A stretch of DNA of 55,181 nt from a virus (lineage: Duplodnaviria; Caudoviricetes). The DNA is taken from positions 1-55,181 of the IMG/VR virus record IMGVR_UViG_3300045107_000845, one strand, 5' to 3'. Both the position numbers and the translations under genes were made by a program. Positions 26,956 to 34,802 of this stretch are shown here, piece after piece; the stretch's first letter is position 1; each line of letters opens with the position of its first letter. The notes under the pieces were generated by a model. The model had not been told where the DNA came from. It did no database searches and was given only the letters and a program-made list of their open reading frames with translations.

Positions 26956-28876
26956 CGATCGACTTGTTCCTGATCACGCGACGCCCCGCTCTCGGCTTCT
27001 TCCGAGGCGGCGGCTGAAGCGGCATAGAGCCTTCGTCCTCAGGTCCGGCGGGGATGGACGCAAGTCCGATGCTCTTTGCCTCCCGGTTCAGCGATAATCC
27101 GAGAGAGATCAGTCCGTAAAGGGCCGCTGTGCCATAGACCCTGCAGTCGAGCGGCTCGTTCCGGGCGCTGTCTTTCTTGTACCACTCGACAATCTTCCGC
27201 CCCTTGATGAACTTCACCCGGCGCTGTTCCGCCGTCAGGCCGTCGAAGTAGTCGGCGTCGCGGTCCATTGGGAAGTGCAGATAGCCTGGCCCCGGCTCCT
27301 CGATCGCGAGGCGCTGGTAGAGCGCCTCCTTAACGGCGTCGACGCCGACGATGTAAAGCGGGACCCGACCCTTGTTTTTGCTGCTCGCCTTGCGCGGCCA
27401 CACCGGCTTACCGAACCCCCCACTCCCTTTGATCGGCCATACGCGCCGGTCGACCCGGCGCTTGCAGAAGCGATAGACAGCCAGCGTGTGGTGACCGCCC
27501 GAGTCGATACAGGCCGCCTTGATCCGCATCGGCGGCACCGCGCGCGTATGCGGCCAGGCGCGCAACAGTAAGGTTTCGAGCTGCTCCCACACGTCGTTGC
27601 CGGATGGGTCGCCCCACAGTTGCTCGTACGCGATCGACCAGCTTTCCTCGTCCTGCCCCCAGCCGATGACTTCGACCTCGAGGCGATCGTCCTGTACGTC
27701 GACGCCGGCGGTCAGAACGGCGACGCCGGCCGGCAGCTTCGCGGTGAACTCTTCGCGCCGATCGACGAGCTTCTTTCGGTCGGGCCGATCGCCCTGCCCG
27801 CGCCAAACCTCCGCCAGCTTGGTGTTGACGAAGGTCTTGAGGCGCGGCGAATCCTTGTAGACGTTGCCGTGCTCGATCGCGATCGACGCCCAGGACAGCC
27901 AGCCCAGCGGGCTATAGAGGCTGTTCAGGAAATAGCTGGTGGTGCGCCCGTCGCCTTTCGCGTGCGGGATCCACTCGCCATGCTCCAGCATCCACGTCTT
28001 TTCGCTCTCATGCAGGCGTTCATGGCAGCCTTCGCACTCGTACCAGGGCGCGTACCGCTTGCCCTTTTCCCACTTCAGGTTCGACCATTTCAGCCATTGC
28101 GTGACGCCGCAGGCTGGACACGGCACGTAGAAATGCCGCTGATCGCCTTCCTGAAACGCCTTCTCGATGCGGCTTAGGTCTTCCTCACCTGGGGTGCTGG
28201 TGATGCCGATTTTGCGGTTCGAGAAGGTGGCTGTTCGCTGAATGGCCAGATCGAGCGGGTCGCCTTCGGACTGCACATCGAGCCCGTACGCGTCGACCTC
28301 GTCGGCAAACAACCACCGGATGGGCATGCTTCGCAGATCGGCCGCGCTCGATGCCGAAGACATTGCGAGCACGCCGCCGGGGAATTCCTTCATCCACATC
28401 GTGTTGCCCGGCTCGCGGCCTTTTTGCTCGGGCACTTTCTCGAAGAGCGACGGGGAGAAGTTGATCAGCGGGTCGATACGCGTCCGCATTACGCGCCGGA
28501 TCGTATCGTCCGACGGCAGAAGCATCATCGCCGGGCCGGGCGCGCAGTCGATCATGTAGCCGATCGCGTTCAGCAAAGTTTCGGTTTTGGCCGTCTGCGC
28601 GCCCCATTTCAGAACGACGCGCTCGATCGGATCGCGCGTGCTGAATCGGTTCATGGGCTCGCGGGTGTAGGGCGCGCGCGTCGTACGCCACTGCCCCGGC
28701 TCTTTCGAGGCGACGGTCGACAGCACGCGATTCTGGTCGGCCCATTGGCTGACCGTCATGTACGGGTCTGGCAGCCAGGCGTCGGCGGCGCTGTCGATCA
28801 GCTCCGCCAGCGCGACGGCATAATCATCGGGCCGGGGCTTGCGGGGTGCGGACTGATTTGAGAGCACGGGTGTCAT
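26942..28876 (-). CDS. terL: Terminase large subunit (lambda gpA family)
   Basis: FADEVD, TSTP, CPAC/CEGC, AGVDVQDDR, IDSGG, RNEPLDC motifs. Confidence 0.97.
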   Translation of the reverse strand: MTPVLSNQSAPRKPRPDDYAVALAELIDSAADAWLPDPYMTVSQWADQNRVLSTVASKEPGQWRTTRAPYTREPMNRFSTRDPIERVVLKWGAQTAKTETLLNAIGYMIDCAPGPAMMLLPSDDTIRRVMRTRIDPLINFSPSLFEKVPEQKGREPGNTMWMKEFPGGVLAMSSASSAADLRSMPIRWLFADEVDAYGLDVQSEGDPLDLAIQRTATFSNRKIGITSTPGEEDLSRIEKAFQEGDQRHFYVPCPACGVTQWLKWSNLKWEKGKRYAPWYECEGCHERLHESEKTWMLEHGEWIPHAKGDGRTTSYFLNSLYSPLGWLSWASIAIEHGNVYKDSPRLKTFVNTKLAEVWRGQGDRPDRKKLVDRREEFTAKLPAGVAVLTAGVDVQDDRLEVEVIGWGQDEESWSIAYEQLWGDPSGNDVWEQLETLLLRAWPHTRAVPPMRIKAACIDSGGHHTLAVYRFCKRRVDRRVWPIKGSGGFGKPVWPRKASSKNKGRVPLYIVGVDAVKEALYQRLAIEEPGPGYLHFPMDRDADYFDGLTAEQRRVKFIKGRKIVEWYKKDSARNEPLDCRVYGTAALYGLISLGLSLNREAKSIGLASIPAGPEDEGSMPLQPPPRKKPRAGRRVIRNKSIDGLR

Positions 28877-29477
28877 CCGCCATCTGGCGCAGCAGCGTTT
28901 CGATTTCCTCGGTGAATTTGACGACGAGTTGGCGCGCCAGCGCCGGGTCCGCGACGTGCTGTTCGACGATGCGCTCGGGCAGCGCCAATAGCCGGTCGCG
29001 GGCGGCGCGCACGATCGAGAACCAAGTCTGGCTGACCTGGCCGGCGCGGAGGAGCCCGCCGGCCTCCATCATGAACTTCTGCTCTTTGAGCTTTGCGTCC
29101 CATACGGCGGCCAGCGTAAGCGCGTCCGCGCGGCTGGGTGGGCCCTTCCCGGGCGACGGCGCGCCCTCGCCGGGCTCCGGCTCTGCAACGGCCGTGTCGC
29201 CGCCTGGGCGGGCCTGCGTGGGCTGCGGACGCGGCTGCCGAGGTGACGGGGCCGTCGTCCGCGCCTGCCCTATCTGCGGACCTGCCTGGGCGGCGATCTT
29301 GCTGCGCCGAGGGTCGCTGTTGCCAACCCACTGAGCCAGCAGCTTTTCAAGGTCGACGGTGCCGTCAGGTTCAAGCGTGACGCGGCCTTCGGCGCGCGCC
29401 TTGCGGATTCCTCGTTCGGAGATCGGGAAGCCCCGGGCAGTCAACTGCCGGGCGGCTTCCCTAATCGAGACGCCCAC
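28824..29477 (-). CDS. terS: Terminase small subunit
   Basis: N-terminal HTH (SIREAAR), C-terminal RDRLLALPERI helix; directly upstream of terL and next to cos. Confidence 0.85.
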   Translation of the reverse strand: MGVSIREAARQLTARGFPISERGIRKARAEGRVTLEPDGTVDLEKLLAQWVGNSDPRRSKIAAQAGPQIGQARTTAPSPRQPRPQPTQARPGGDTAVAEPEPGEGAPSPGKGPPSRADALTLAAVWDAKLKEQKFMMEAGGLLRAGQVSQTWFSIVRAARDRLLALPERIVEQHVADPALARQLVVKFTEEIETLLRQMADDTRALKSVRTPQAPAR

Positions 29478-29478
29478 T

Positions 29479-29506
29479 GCGGACCCCCGCGGACCAAGTG
29501 CGGACC
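29479..29506. repeat. Three direct GCGGACC repeats (putative TerS-binding sites)
   Basis: Copies start at 29479, 29489 and 29500. Confidence 0.65.
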
Positions 29507-29539
29507 TCCCCCCATTTCGCTAACTGGCGAGGTCCCGGG

Positions 29540-29581
29540 CTCGCGCGGCCCCCGCATCGCCCGAGGGCCCAGAAAGGACCC
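29540..29581 (-). other. Putative cos site (cosQ + cosN)
   Basis: GGGTCCT (lambda cosQ) at 29581-29575, 23 nt spacer, then GGGCCGCGCGAG versus lambda GGGCGGCGACCT. Confidence 0.7.
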
Positions 29582-29730
29582 GTCGAGCATGGGTCGGCAT
29601 CGAGCATTGCATAGGCAGCATAGCGGGGGCGCATCGGCATGCCGACCTCAATGCACCCGGGCGACCAACTTCGTCAAGCCCGATTGGACGTTCCTGGTTG
29701 CGAAATGCTGGGGCTGGTGTAGGCTGCGTC

Positions 29731-29815
29731 CTGCCGAGGGTAATGGGAGTGCGCTCGGCAGACATGCCCTAGCCTTCAGGCGCTCTTGCCCATATGCGGC
29801 AAGAGCGCCTTTTTC
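29731..29815 (+). ncRNA. Candidate small RNA with two hairpins
   Basis: Promoter-like TTGCGA-16-TAGGCT upstream; CTGCCGAG/CTCGGCAG stem; terminator stem. Confidence 0.4.
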
Positions 29816-29817
29816 TT
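29778..29817 (+). terminator. Intrinsic terminator
   Basis: Perfect 13-bp stem AGGCGCTCTTGCC/GGCAAGAGCGCCT followed by TTTTCTT. Confidence 0.8.
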
Positions 29818-29937
29818 CGACGCAATCTGACCACTTTGCCCTCGCACAAAGGCGTCGTCACTTCACCGCTTCGGCCGCGCCGCACGGTAAAGGGATTCGA
29901 GGGAAAGCGCCCGCCCTGCCCCTATCTCTCGATCAGG

Positions 29938-29963
29938 AACGGCCCGGCATCGACCGGGCCGTT
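29938..29963. terminator. Hairpin terminator downstream of the DUF4160/DUF2442 operon
   Basis: 10-bp stem AACGGCCCGG/CCGGGCCGTT just past the antitoxin stop. Confidence 0.65.
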
Positions 29964-29973
29964 TCTTCGTAAG

Positions 29974-30603
29974 CTATGCAGCCGCCTTTTTCCGTCGGGC
30001 CGTGGCCGCCTTAGAGATATCTTTGGTGACGATCAGCCGCTTGGCGGTAGTGTCGAGAGCGCCGATCAGCGTCTGTTTCGGCAACGCCTTCGCCAAGCCC
30101 CTGAGCGCCGCAAGAAACTCTTCGTTCAACAGTTCGGCGCTGTCGATTCCCTTCATCGCCAGCGCGACTGTACGAGAGACCGGCAATTGTTGCGCCTCAT
30201 AGGCGCGCACAGTGCGGGGGCTGATTCCCAGATGCTGCGCAGTCTCGTCCTGCGTCCAGCCCTTCGCTTTGCGCCATGCCTTGAACTCTGCCCCGTAAAT
30301 CTGGCTCGCATCTGGCCAAGGGTTACGTTCCGGGTGGGCCTCATACCAGAGCCCATCGGCCCCTAGATCGCACTCAGCGCCGGGCCATTCCACGCCGCTG
30401 CCGTACTCAGCGACCTTCACCGCCTTGAAAACCGCTTCGTCACGGACAGGCGCGAAGATATCGCGGCCGAGAAACTGCTTCACATCGTGCTCGGTCGTTT
30501 TGCCGTTGCCCCAAGTTACGCGAAGACGATAATTCGCGAGAGCTTCGACCGCTTCGACCCGGAACGGCGCGCCGCCGTCCAATTCGCTTGCATCCTTTTC
30601 CAT
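29974..30603 (-). CDS. DUF2442 + XRE HTH putative antitoxin
   Basis: YRLRVTWGNG...VEWPG..DLGADGLW then WRKAKGWTQDETAQHLGISPRTV; TAATG coupling to the toxin. Confidence 0.85.
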   Translation of the reverse strand: MEKDASELDGGAPFRVEAVEALANYRLRVTWGNGKTTEHDVKQFLGRDIFAPVRDEAVFKAVKVAEYGSGVEWPGAECDLGADGLWYEAHPERNPWPDASQIYGAEFKAWRKAKGWTQDETAQHLGISPRTVRAYEAQQLPVSRTVALAMKGIDSAELLNEEFLAALRGLAKALPKQTLIGALDTTAKRLIVTKDISKAATARRKKAAA

Positions 30604-30839
30604 TATCCTACGAGCCTCTTCCATTCTTCGAGCAAAAACCCCCGGTTCTCCTCGACCCATTTGACCGCTAAAGCCTCGGCAGCTTTGTTGAGGCTGCCCA
30701 GCCGCTTGGTGATCTCACCCGTTCCAATAACGACCTTCACCTGCGAAAAATCCGGCGCAATGATGTGAACATGCGGCGGTTCGTGATCCTGCGTGTGGAT
30801 CTTGATGATCAGGTTCTTGATGCGCTGGATCGTCGGCAT
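30603..30839 (-). CDS. DUF4160 putative toxin
   Basis: MPTI...DHEPPHVHI...W...LLEEW family pattern. Confidence 0.9.
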   Translation of the reverse strand: MPTIQRIKNLIIKIHTQDHEPPHVHIIAPDFSQVKVVIGTGEITKRLGSLNKAAEALAVKWVEENRGFLLEEWKRLVG

Positions 30840-30845
30840 AACGAG

Positions 30846-30874
30846 AACATAGGAAATTCAGGCGGTTTTGTCAA
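30846..30874 (-). promoter_or_regulatory. Sigma70 promoter, probably giving a leaderless mRNA
   Basis: TTGACA-17-TATGTT, with the A of the ATG 7 nt downstream of the -10 box and no RBS. Confidence 0.75.
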
Positions 30875-30918
30875 AGGCTTTACGGCCTTAAATGCCGCTT
30901 TTTGTAGGAAAAACGCCA

Positions 30919-31308
30919 ATGAACCGGCAGAATAAACGGCTCTTCGCCGACCTGATGAATGCCGCCAGAAGCATTCGCGATTATGAAGCGGGAAAACCGG
31001 CCCATAAGGGCGCGGTGCTCGTGCCGCCCGACCTCGATGCCGCCGCGATCCGCAAATCGGCGCGCCTTACCCAGCAGGCGTTCGCTGACGCTTTGGGCGT
31101 GCCAGTCGCGATGCTTCGCCTATGGGAACGGGGTCAGCGCCATCCGGAAGGGCCTGCCGCCGCAGCTTTGCGCCTGCTGCACCACTCGCCCGCCGCTATC
31201 GACGCGCTGCTTTCGGCTTTGCCGTCCGCAATGCCTCCGCCAGCGCCTCCGAAAAGTTCGACGCGAACCGCTCGGAAACCACAGCGGCAACGGTCTCTCG
31301 CATCTTGA
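30919..31308 (+). CDS. HigA-like XRE HTH protein (orphan antitoxin/regulator)
   Basis: IRKSARLTQQAFADALGV...WERGQRHPEGPA. Confidence 0.8.
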   Translation: MNRQNKRLFADLMNAARSIRDYEAGKPAHKGAVLVPPDLDAAAIRKSARLTQQAFADALGVPVAMLRLWERGQRHPEGPAAAALRLLHHSPAAIDALLSALPSAMPPPAPPKSSTRTARKPQRQRSLAS

Positions 31309-31888
31309 GATCGCCTTTCACGCGCACGCTGGGCTGTAGAACGTAAAGCACGCGCAGGGGATACCGGGTCATCGGATCGTCGCGCTGCACCACGGCCTGC
31401 AAGCCCGCGCGGCGGCCTTTCTTCAGCGTCGTCAGGAAGAACTTCGGCTTTTTGTAGCTGCCCTTGCCACGCACCTTTCGGCGGCGCGGCTTCGCCTTCG
31501 CAGATCGAGCCAACAGCGCGCCCGGCCATTCCGACGGCTTGGTGACCTTCGTCTTCGGTTCGCGAATCGCTTTCGGCACGCCGATGGCGCGCCCTTTCCG
31601 AGGTTTCTTCTCGCCGCCGGTTTCCTGCAAGCCCATGAATTCGTCGCGGCTCACCACGGCGGCGCGCAAATCGCGTTTCGATGCGCTTCGTACCTGGATG
31701 CCCTTGTCGAGCCACGTCGTGCGGATCGTGAATATCTGAGGCAGGCGCGCGCGAACGGCCGCCTGGCCTTGCTTCGCCGTCGTCGTCAGAGCTCGCGCGG
31801 TGGCGAAGGGTAACTGCGATTGCTCGATGCTCGACAGCGCCGCCTTCAGCGCTGCGGTATCGGCACGGACATAAAAGCGCGACTTCAT
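31196..31888 (-). CDS. Lambda gpZ-like neck/tail completion protein
   Basis: Basic protein, QLPFATARALTTTAK motif; upstream of terminase. Confidence 0.7.
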   Translation of the reverse strand: MKSRFYVRADTAALKAALSSIEQSQLPFATARALTTTAKQGQAAVRARLPQIFTIRTTWLDKGIQVRSASKRDLRAAVVSRDEFMGLQETGGEKKPRKGRAIGVPKAIREPKTKVTKPSEWPGALLARSAKAKPRRRKVRGKGSYKKPKFFLTTLKKGRRAGLQAVVQRDDPMTRYPLRVLYVLQPSVRVKGDLKMRETVAAVVSERFASNFSEALAEALRTAKPKAARR

Positions 31889-32073
31889 CGCTTGGGGGCT
31901 TTCACCGCCGGCGGCAGATACCCCAAATGGCGCAACTCGATCACGAGCGCCCGTTCAGTGATGTAGGCCAGCGATCGCTCCTCAGCGATTGCCGCCTTTT
32001 CCAGCGCTTCCCGGACTTCCGGTCGCAGGCGAAGATTCAAGCCGCGGGTCTTGATCGGTGAACCTTTTGACAT
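31885..32073 (-). CDS. Arc-like ribbon-helix-helix DNA-binding protein
   Basis: LNLRLRPEVREALEKAAIAEERSL. Confidence 0.8.
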   Translation of the reverse strand: MSKGSPIKTRGLNLRLRPEVREALEKAAIAEERSLAYITERALVIELRHLGYLPPAVKAPKR

Positions 32074-32201
32074 TGAAGCAACCTACGATTACGGTGCGTA
32101 TGTGCCACTCGGTATCACTGAGCGGCGCATACGTAAAGAGCGGCCCGACGGGGTGTTACGAGCACCCGCGCCGGGCCTAACCCGAACCATGGAAGAGACC
32201 C

Positions 32202-32564
32202 ATGACCCAGGCTAAGTTGAACGTTACCACGCACTGCCGTGCCGCCACCATCGGCAAGGAAATCGAGCGGATCGATCGCCTGAGCGATGAAGCCGACCTG
32301 CGCATGATCGCCGCCAGCGACGAAACCCGCGGCGTCTTCTGCGAGCAGATGGCCGCCCTCTTCAGCCAGCGGCAGCAGGCCGAACGAGACCTCGCCAGCG
32401 TAAACTGCCGGGGTGCTGCGGGTGCGCTGGCGCAGTTGGGGCAGATCAGGCTTGAGCTGCTGCGCGCCGAGTACGCGTCGACATCGGATCGGGCGCTGGC
32501 GGATGCGCTGGATCGGGTAGAGCATCTGCTCCGCTCGGTGATGGGCTGGGCGGAAAGCATCTAG
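32202..32564 (+). CDS. Hypothetical helical protein divergent from the Arc-like gene
   Basis: 120-aa ORF filling the gap; its stop overlaps the helicase stop. Confidence 0.6.
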   Translation: MTQAKLNVTTHCRAATIGKEIERIDRLSDEADLRMIAASDETRGVFCEQMAALFSQRQQAERDLASVNCRGAAGALAQLGQIRLELLRAEYASTSDRALADALDRVEHLLRSVMGWAESI

Positions 32565-33343
32565 GCGGCCCAGCTGGGAGGCGGCGGGGACTCGTACCGC
32601 CGCTTTTCCTCGTTGAAGCGCAGAGTTATCGACCCGATCGACCCCATATCCGGCTGCTCGCGGATCTTCCGGATGAAAATCTCCGTCGTCTGCGTCGCGT
32701 TGTTCCTGTGCACGACCACGCCAGCGTCGACCATGTTGGCCCAATTGGCGCTGCCCGCGATGTCGTAGAGGCTCGGCGGATCGAACTCGCCATCGTCTTT
32801 GCGGCGCAGCTTGGTCGGGTGCGCGACCACGATCGTGCATACGCCATGCGATTCGCCGAAGCGCCTCACCTTGCGCAGGCAATCTCCAATGTACTCGGTC
32901 TCGGTCATATTGCTCGGGCGAGCGCTTTCGACCTGATTCCAAGGGTCGATGATTAAGCCGTTGATGCCCATGCGGATGGCTGCCCAGCGGGCGCGCTCAA
33001 GGATGAAATCGATGGTGGGACGATCTTCCTCCGGCCGGATCAGCGCAAAGTATTCGTGCAGCCAATCTATCGCACAATGAACGTCGGTTTCGGAGATCCA
33101 CTGCTTGGAGAAGGGCTTTCCGGAGAACTTCTCGATCAGCCGGATGACATGCCGCTGAGGTGAATGTTCGGGTGAGAACACGGCCCAGCGCCAGCCGTCG
33201 GAGCGGGCAACGTCAACAGCGATTTGCTGAACGACGCCGCTTTTGCCGTGGTTTGGAATCCCGGTAACGACCGTCAACCCGCCTGGCTGCAGCGTCCAGA
33301 ATTCATCCATGCCGGGCAGCCCCGTGCTGACGATCGGCTTCAT
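32561..33343 (-). CDS. SF4 helicase (T7 gp4/Twinkle-like, no primase domain)
   Basis: TGIPNHGKS, FSPE, IIDPWN, VAHPTK, YDIAGS motifs; start ATG 33343. Confidence 0.88.
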   Translation of the reverse strand: MKPIVSTGLPGMDEFWTLQPGGLTVVTGIPNHGKSGVVQQIAVDVARSDGWRWAVFSPEHSPQRHVIRLIEKFSGKPFSKQWISETDVHCAIDWLHEYFALIRPEEDRPTIDFILERARWAAIRMGINGLIIDPWNQVESARPSNMTETEYIGDCLRKVRRFGESHGVCTIVVAHPTKLRRKDDGEFDPPSLYDIAGSANWANMVDAGVVVHRNNATQTTEIFIRKIREQPDMGSIGSITLRFNEEKRRYESPPPPSWAA

Positions 33344-33419
33344 CGCGTCCCCCATCCGGGCAAGCCCGGTCGCGAAGCGCAAAGCGAAGCGAACCGGGCG
33401 ATAGCCCGGTCTGGGGGGA

Positions 33420-33612
33420 GATATATACCCCCCTTTAGGGGGGTTATATATCGGGGGGTCGGCGCACAGGTCGGCGCAAGGTCGGCGCACAATGATTTCA
33501 ATGGGTTACAGGCAGGTCGGCGCGGTCGGCGCAAGGTCGGCGCAGAAAGCATGTTTTCAACCTTTTCAATGGCTTCCCGATAGGTCGGCGCGGTCGGCGC
33601 AGAAGTCGGCGC
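33420..33612. repeat. Putative replication origin: hairpin plus nine GTCGGCGC iterons
   Basis: Copies at 33458, 33470, 33481, 33516, 33525, 33536, 33584, 33593, 33605; palindrome 33420-33452. Confidence 0.8.
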
Positions 33613-33644
33613 ACATCCATTTTGGGTACGAGTGGAGGGGATGC

Positions 33645-34802
33645 TCATTCGGTTTCCCCCTCTTCTTCCGGCAGACGCATGTCCGCCGGCTTCACATAAA
33701 CGCGTTCCTTCCGGTCGCGTCGTACCGTCACCTGGACGAGCTTTCCGGCCTCGATCAGCCGGTCCTTCGCCGCTTCGATTTCGCCGCGGCTGTAGGCCCG
33801 CAACGCGCCCTCGCGGCAAATCGCTGAGACGACATAGGTTCGAGCGAATCGATCCGGCGACATCCGGGTACCGGAACGGCACAGCCGCCCGATCACGTTT
33901 AGAACATGTCGCTCGATCTCATAGCGCTCTACCATGCCGAGCGGCGCAGAGCTGCTGACGTGCTCTGCTGGCTGGAAAACGCCTTGATGCCAGCGCAGCC
34001 GAATCTCATTGCCTGTGCGGCCATAGTTGCTCTTCATCAGCTTCAGCACGCGTTCATCGGGGTCTCCTTCCTCGTCATCGTGATGTTTTGGTCGGGTCAG
34101 ATAGCTTCGACCGCGCACGCTGTTCGACCATGCCGTCGATCCGCTGATACCGCTTCCCGTTGTCATGCCCTGCACGCTCGGGTGCGCGGTCAGGATCACG
34201 CCGCCATCGGTCTCCATCGCGAAGCGGCGCAGCGCGTTGACGAAAGCGCGGACTTGCGGGCGTATGATCTCGTTTCCGCCGAACGTATCTGCGGCTGTGT
34301 CGATGATGACAAGCTGCGCGCCGAAGTCGCGGATGTGCATCAGCACCTGCTCGTACAGCCGCGTCTTGGTGCCCTTGTCGCCACCGCGGTACGGGAATTC
34401 CATCAACAGATTGTCCTGCCCGACGCGGCTGGTCATCGATACGTCGTGCGCGACATCAATCATGTTGGCATCGTAATGCGCATTGATATCCGCCTGACGC
34501 CGCCAAAGCTCGTCATCGTCGTCTTCGCAGAAAAAGGCGAAGCTTCGCACCCTCGGCACGTCCAGGCCCAACCATGGCCGCCCTACCGCGCTCGCGGTCA
34601 TCAGTTGCTGCATCAGCAGCGACTTTCCCAATCCGCCATCACCCGAAAGCAGGCTGACCGTGCCCCGCAAAAGCATGCCCGGCACCAGCCAGCGGCGCTC
34701 GGGTACGGGCTTGTCATGCCAATCGCTGATGTTGATCGGCTGAAAGGGTTCGATCGCCTGTCGCCTGTTCGGCCCGCCGGGGAAGTCGCGCACGTTGCTC
34801 AT
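33645..34802 (-). CDS. RepA-like (AAA_25) helicase
   Basis: GDGGLGKS, VIIDT, FGGNE, LTAHPS, SGSTAW, KSNYG motifs. Confidence 0.92.
   Translation of the reverse strand: MSNVRDFPGGPNRRQAIEPFQPINISDWHDKPVPERRWLVPGMLLRGTVSLLSGDGGLGKSLLMQQLMTASAVGRPWLGLDVPRVRSFAFFCEDDDDELWRRQADINAHYDANMIDVAHDVSMTSRVGQDNLLMEFPYRGGDKGTKTRLYEQVLMHIRDFGAQLVIIDTAADTFGGNEIIRPQVRAFVNALRRFAMETDGGVILTAHPSVQGMTTGSGISGSTAWSNSVRGRSYLTRPKHHDDEEGDPDERVLKLMKSNYGRTGNEIRLRWHQGVFQPAEHVSSSAPLGMVERYEIERHVLNVIGRLCRSGTRMSPDRFARTYVVSAICREGALRAYSRGEIEAAKDRLIEAGKLVQVTVRRDRKERVYVKPADMRLPEEEGETE

Noticed and set aside
16932-29477. Gene transfer agent cluster, suggested by the Rcc01079-like gene
   Set aside because: Integrase, repressor switch, own replication genes, cos packaging and contractile tail indicate a true temperate phage
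30845-30859. Alphaproteobacterial LexA box (GAAC-N7-GAAC) at the toxin promoter
   Set aside because: Only one half-site matches
33458-33612. Mini-CRISPR-like appearance (three ~30-bp units with 27- and 40-bp spacers)
   Set aside because: Units are triplets of an 8-mer with variable linkers, spacers share a motif, no cas genes, and the position among replication genes fits iterons
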